The translations under genes were made by a program, and so were the position numbers. Below, piece by piece: positions 63,837 through 64,000 of a stretch of DNA of 64,000 bases (positions are counted from its first letter, which is position 1; each line of letters starts with the position of its first letter). A model generated the notes under the pieces. It did no database searches, had not been told where the DNA came from, and saw only the letters and a list, made by a program, of their open reading frames with translations. Location: contig CP154954.1 of assembly GCA_039621445.1 (NCBI GenBank), forward strand, positions 41,533,572 through 41,597,571, written 5' to 3'. Source of the DNA: Euglena gracilis (lineage: Eukaryota).

Positions 63837-64000
63837 TATTTTGGGACGGGAGGCAGAAAAAAGGAGAGACCGGGCAAAATATAGTGAGTGTTAGCTATAA
63901 GGCCATTTTAGGCCATTTTAGGCCGTTTTAGGCCATTTTTAGCTATAGGTGCTTGGACGCAGGGGAGACACCCCCCATGGGTGACCATTGGCACCCATGA

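Larger units (their letters stand above)
56978..64000. repeat. Near-identical direct duplication, period 3693 bp (copy 1 from 56978; copy 2 from 60671 to the window end)
   Basis: Sequence and ORF track repeat with offset 3693 (e.g. 57166/60859, 57921/61614); few substitutions and indels. Confidence 0.95.

Overview
Repeat-rich, intron-rich eukaryotic nuclear DNA. It looks protist-like: GC3-rich short exons, poly-G/C-rich introns and all genes on one strand resemble euglenid genomes, but the species cannot be fixed from the sequence. All recognisable coding exons are on the minus strand. (1) A coiled-coil protein gene (~51054 to 37981) has 16 reconstructable exons joined only by phase-0 introns; seven exons are exactly 126 nt (42 codons, six heptads), and there is a GC-AG intron and a probable 21-nt microexon. 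(2) A very long multi-exon orphan gene or gene run (~34216 to 2213) has acidic tracts and Cys-rich zinc-finger motifs. (3) Weaker exons lie at the left edge. Introns hold an ~8.9-kb compound tetranucleotide satellite, other microsatellites and many MITEs with four target-duplication classes (TA, TTAA, 8 bp, 9 bp). There is also a hAT transposase C-terminal remnant and a 1.7-kb foldback element. The right end is a 3693-bp-period duplication of nested elements that shows one MITE at both filled and empty sites. No rRNA, tRNA or CRISPR was seen. Exon models are manual and need RNA evidence.
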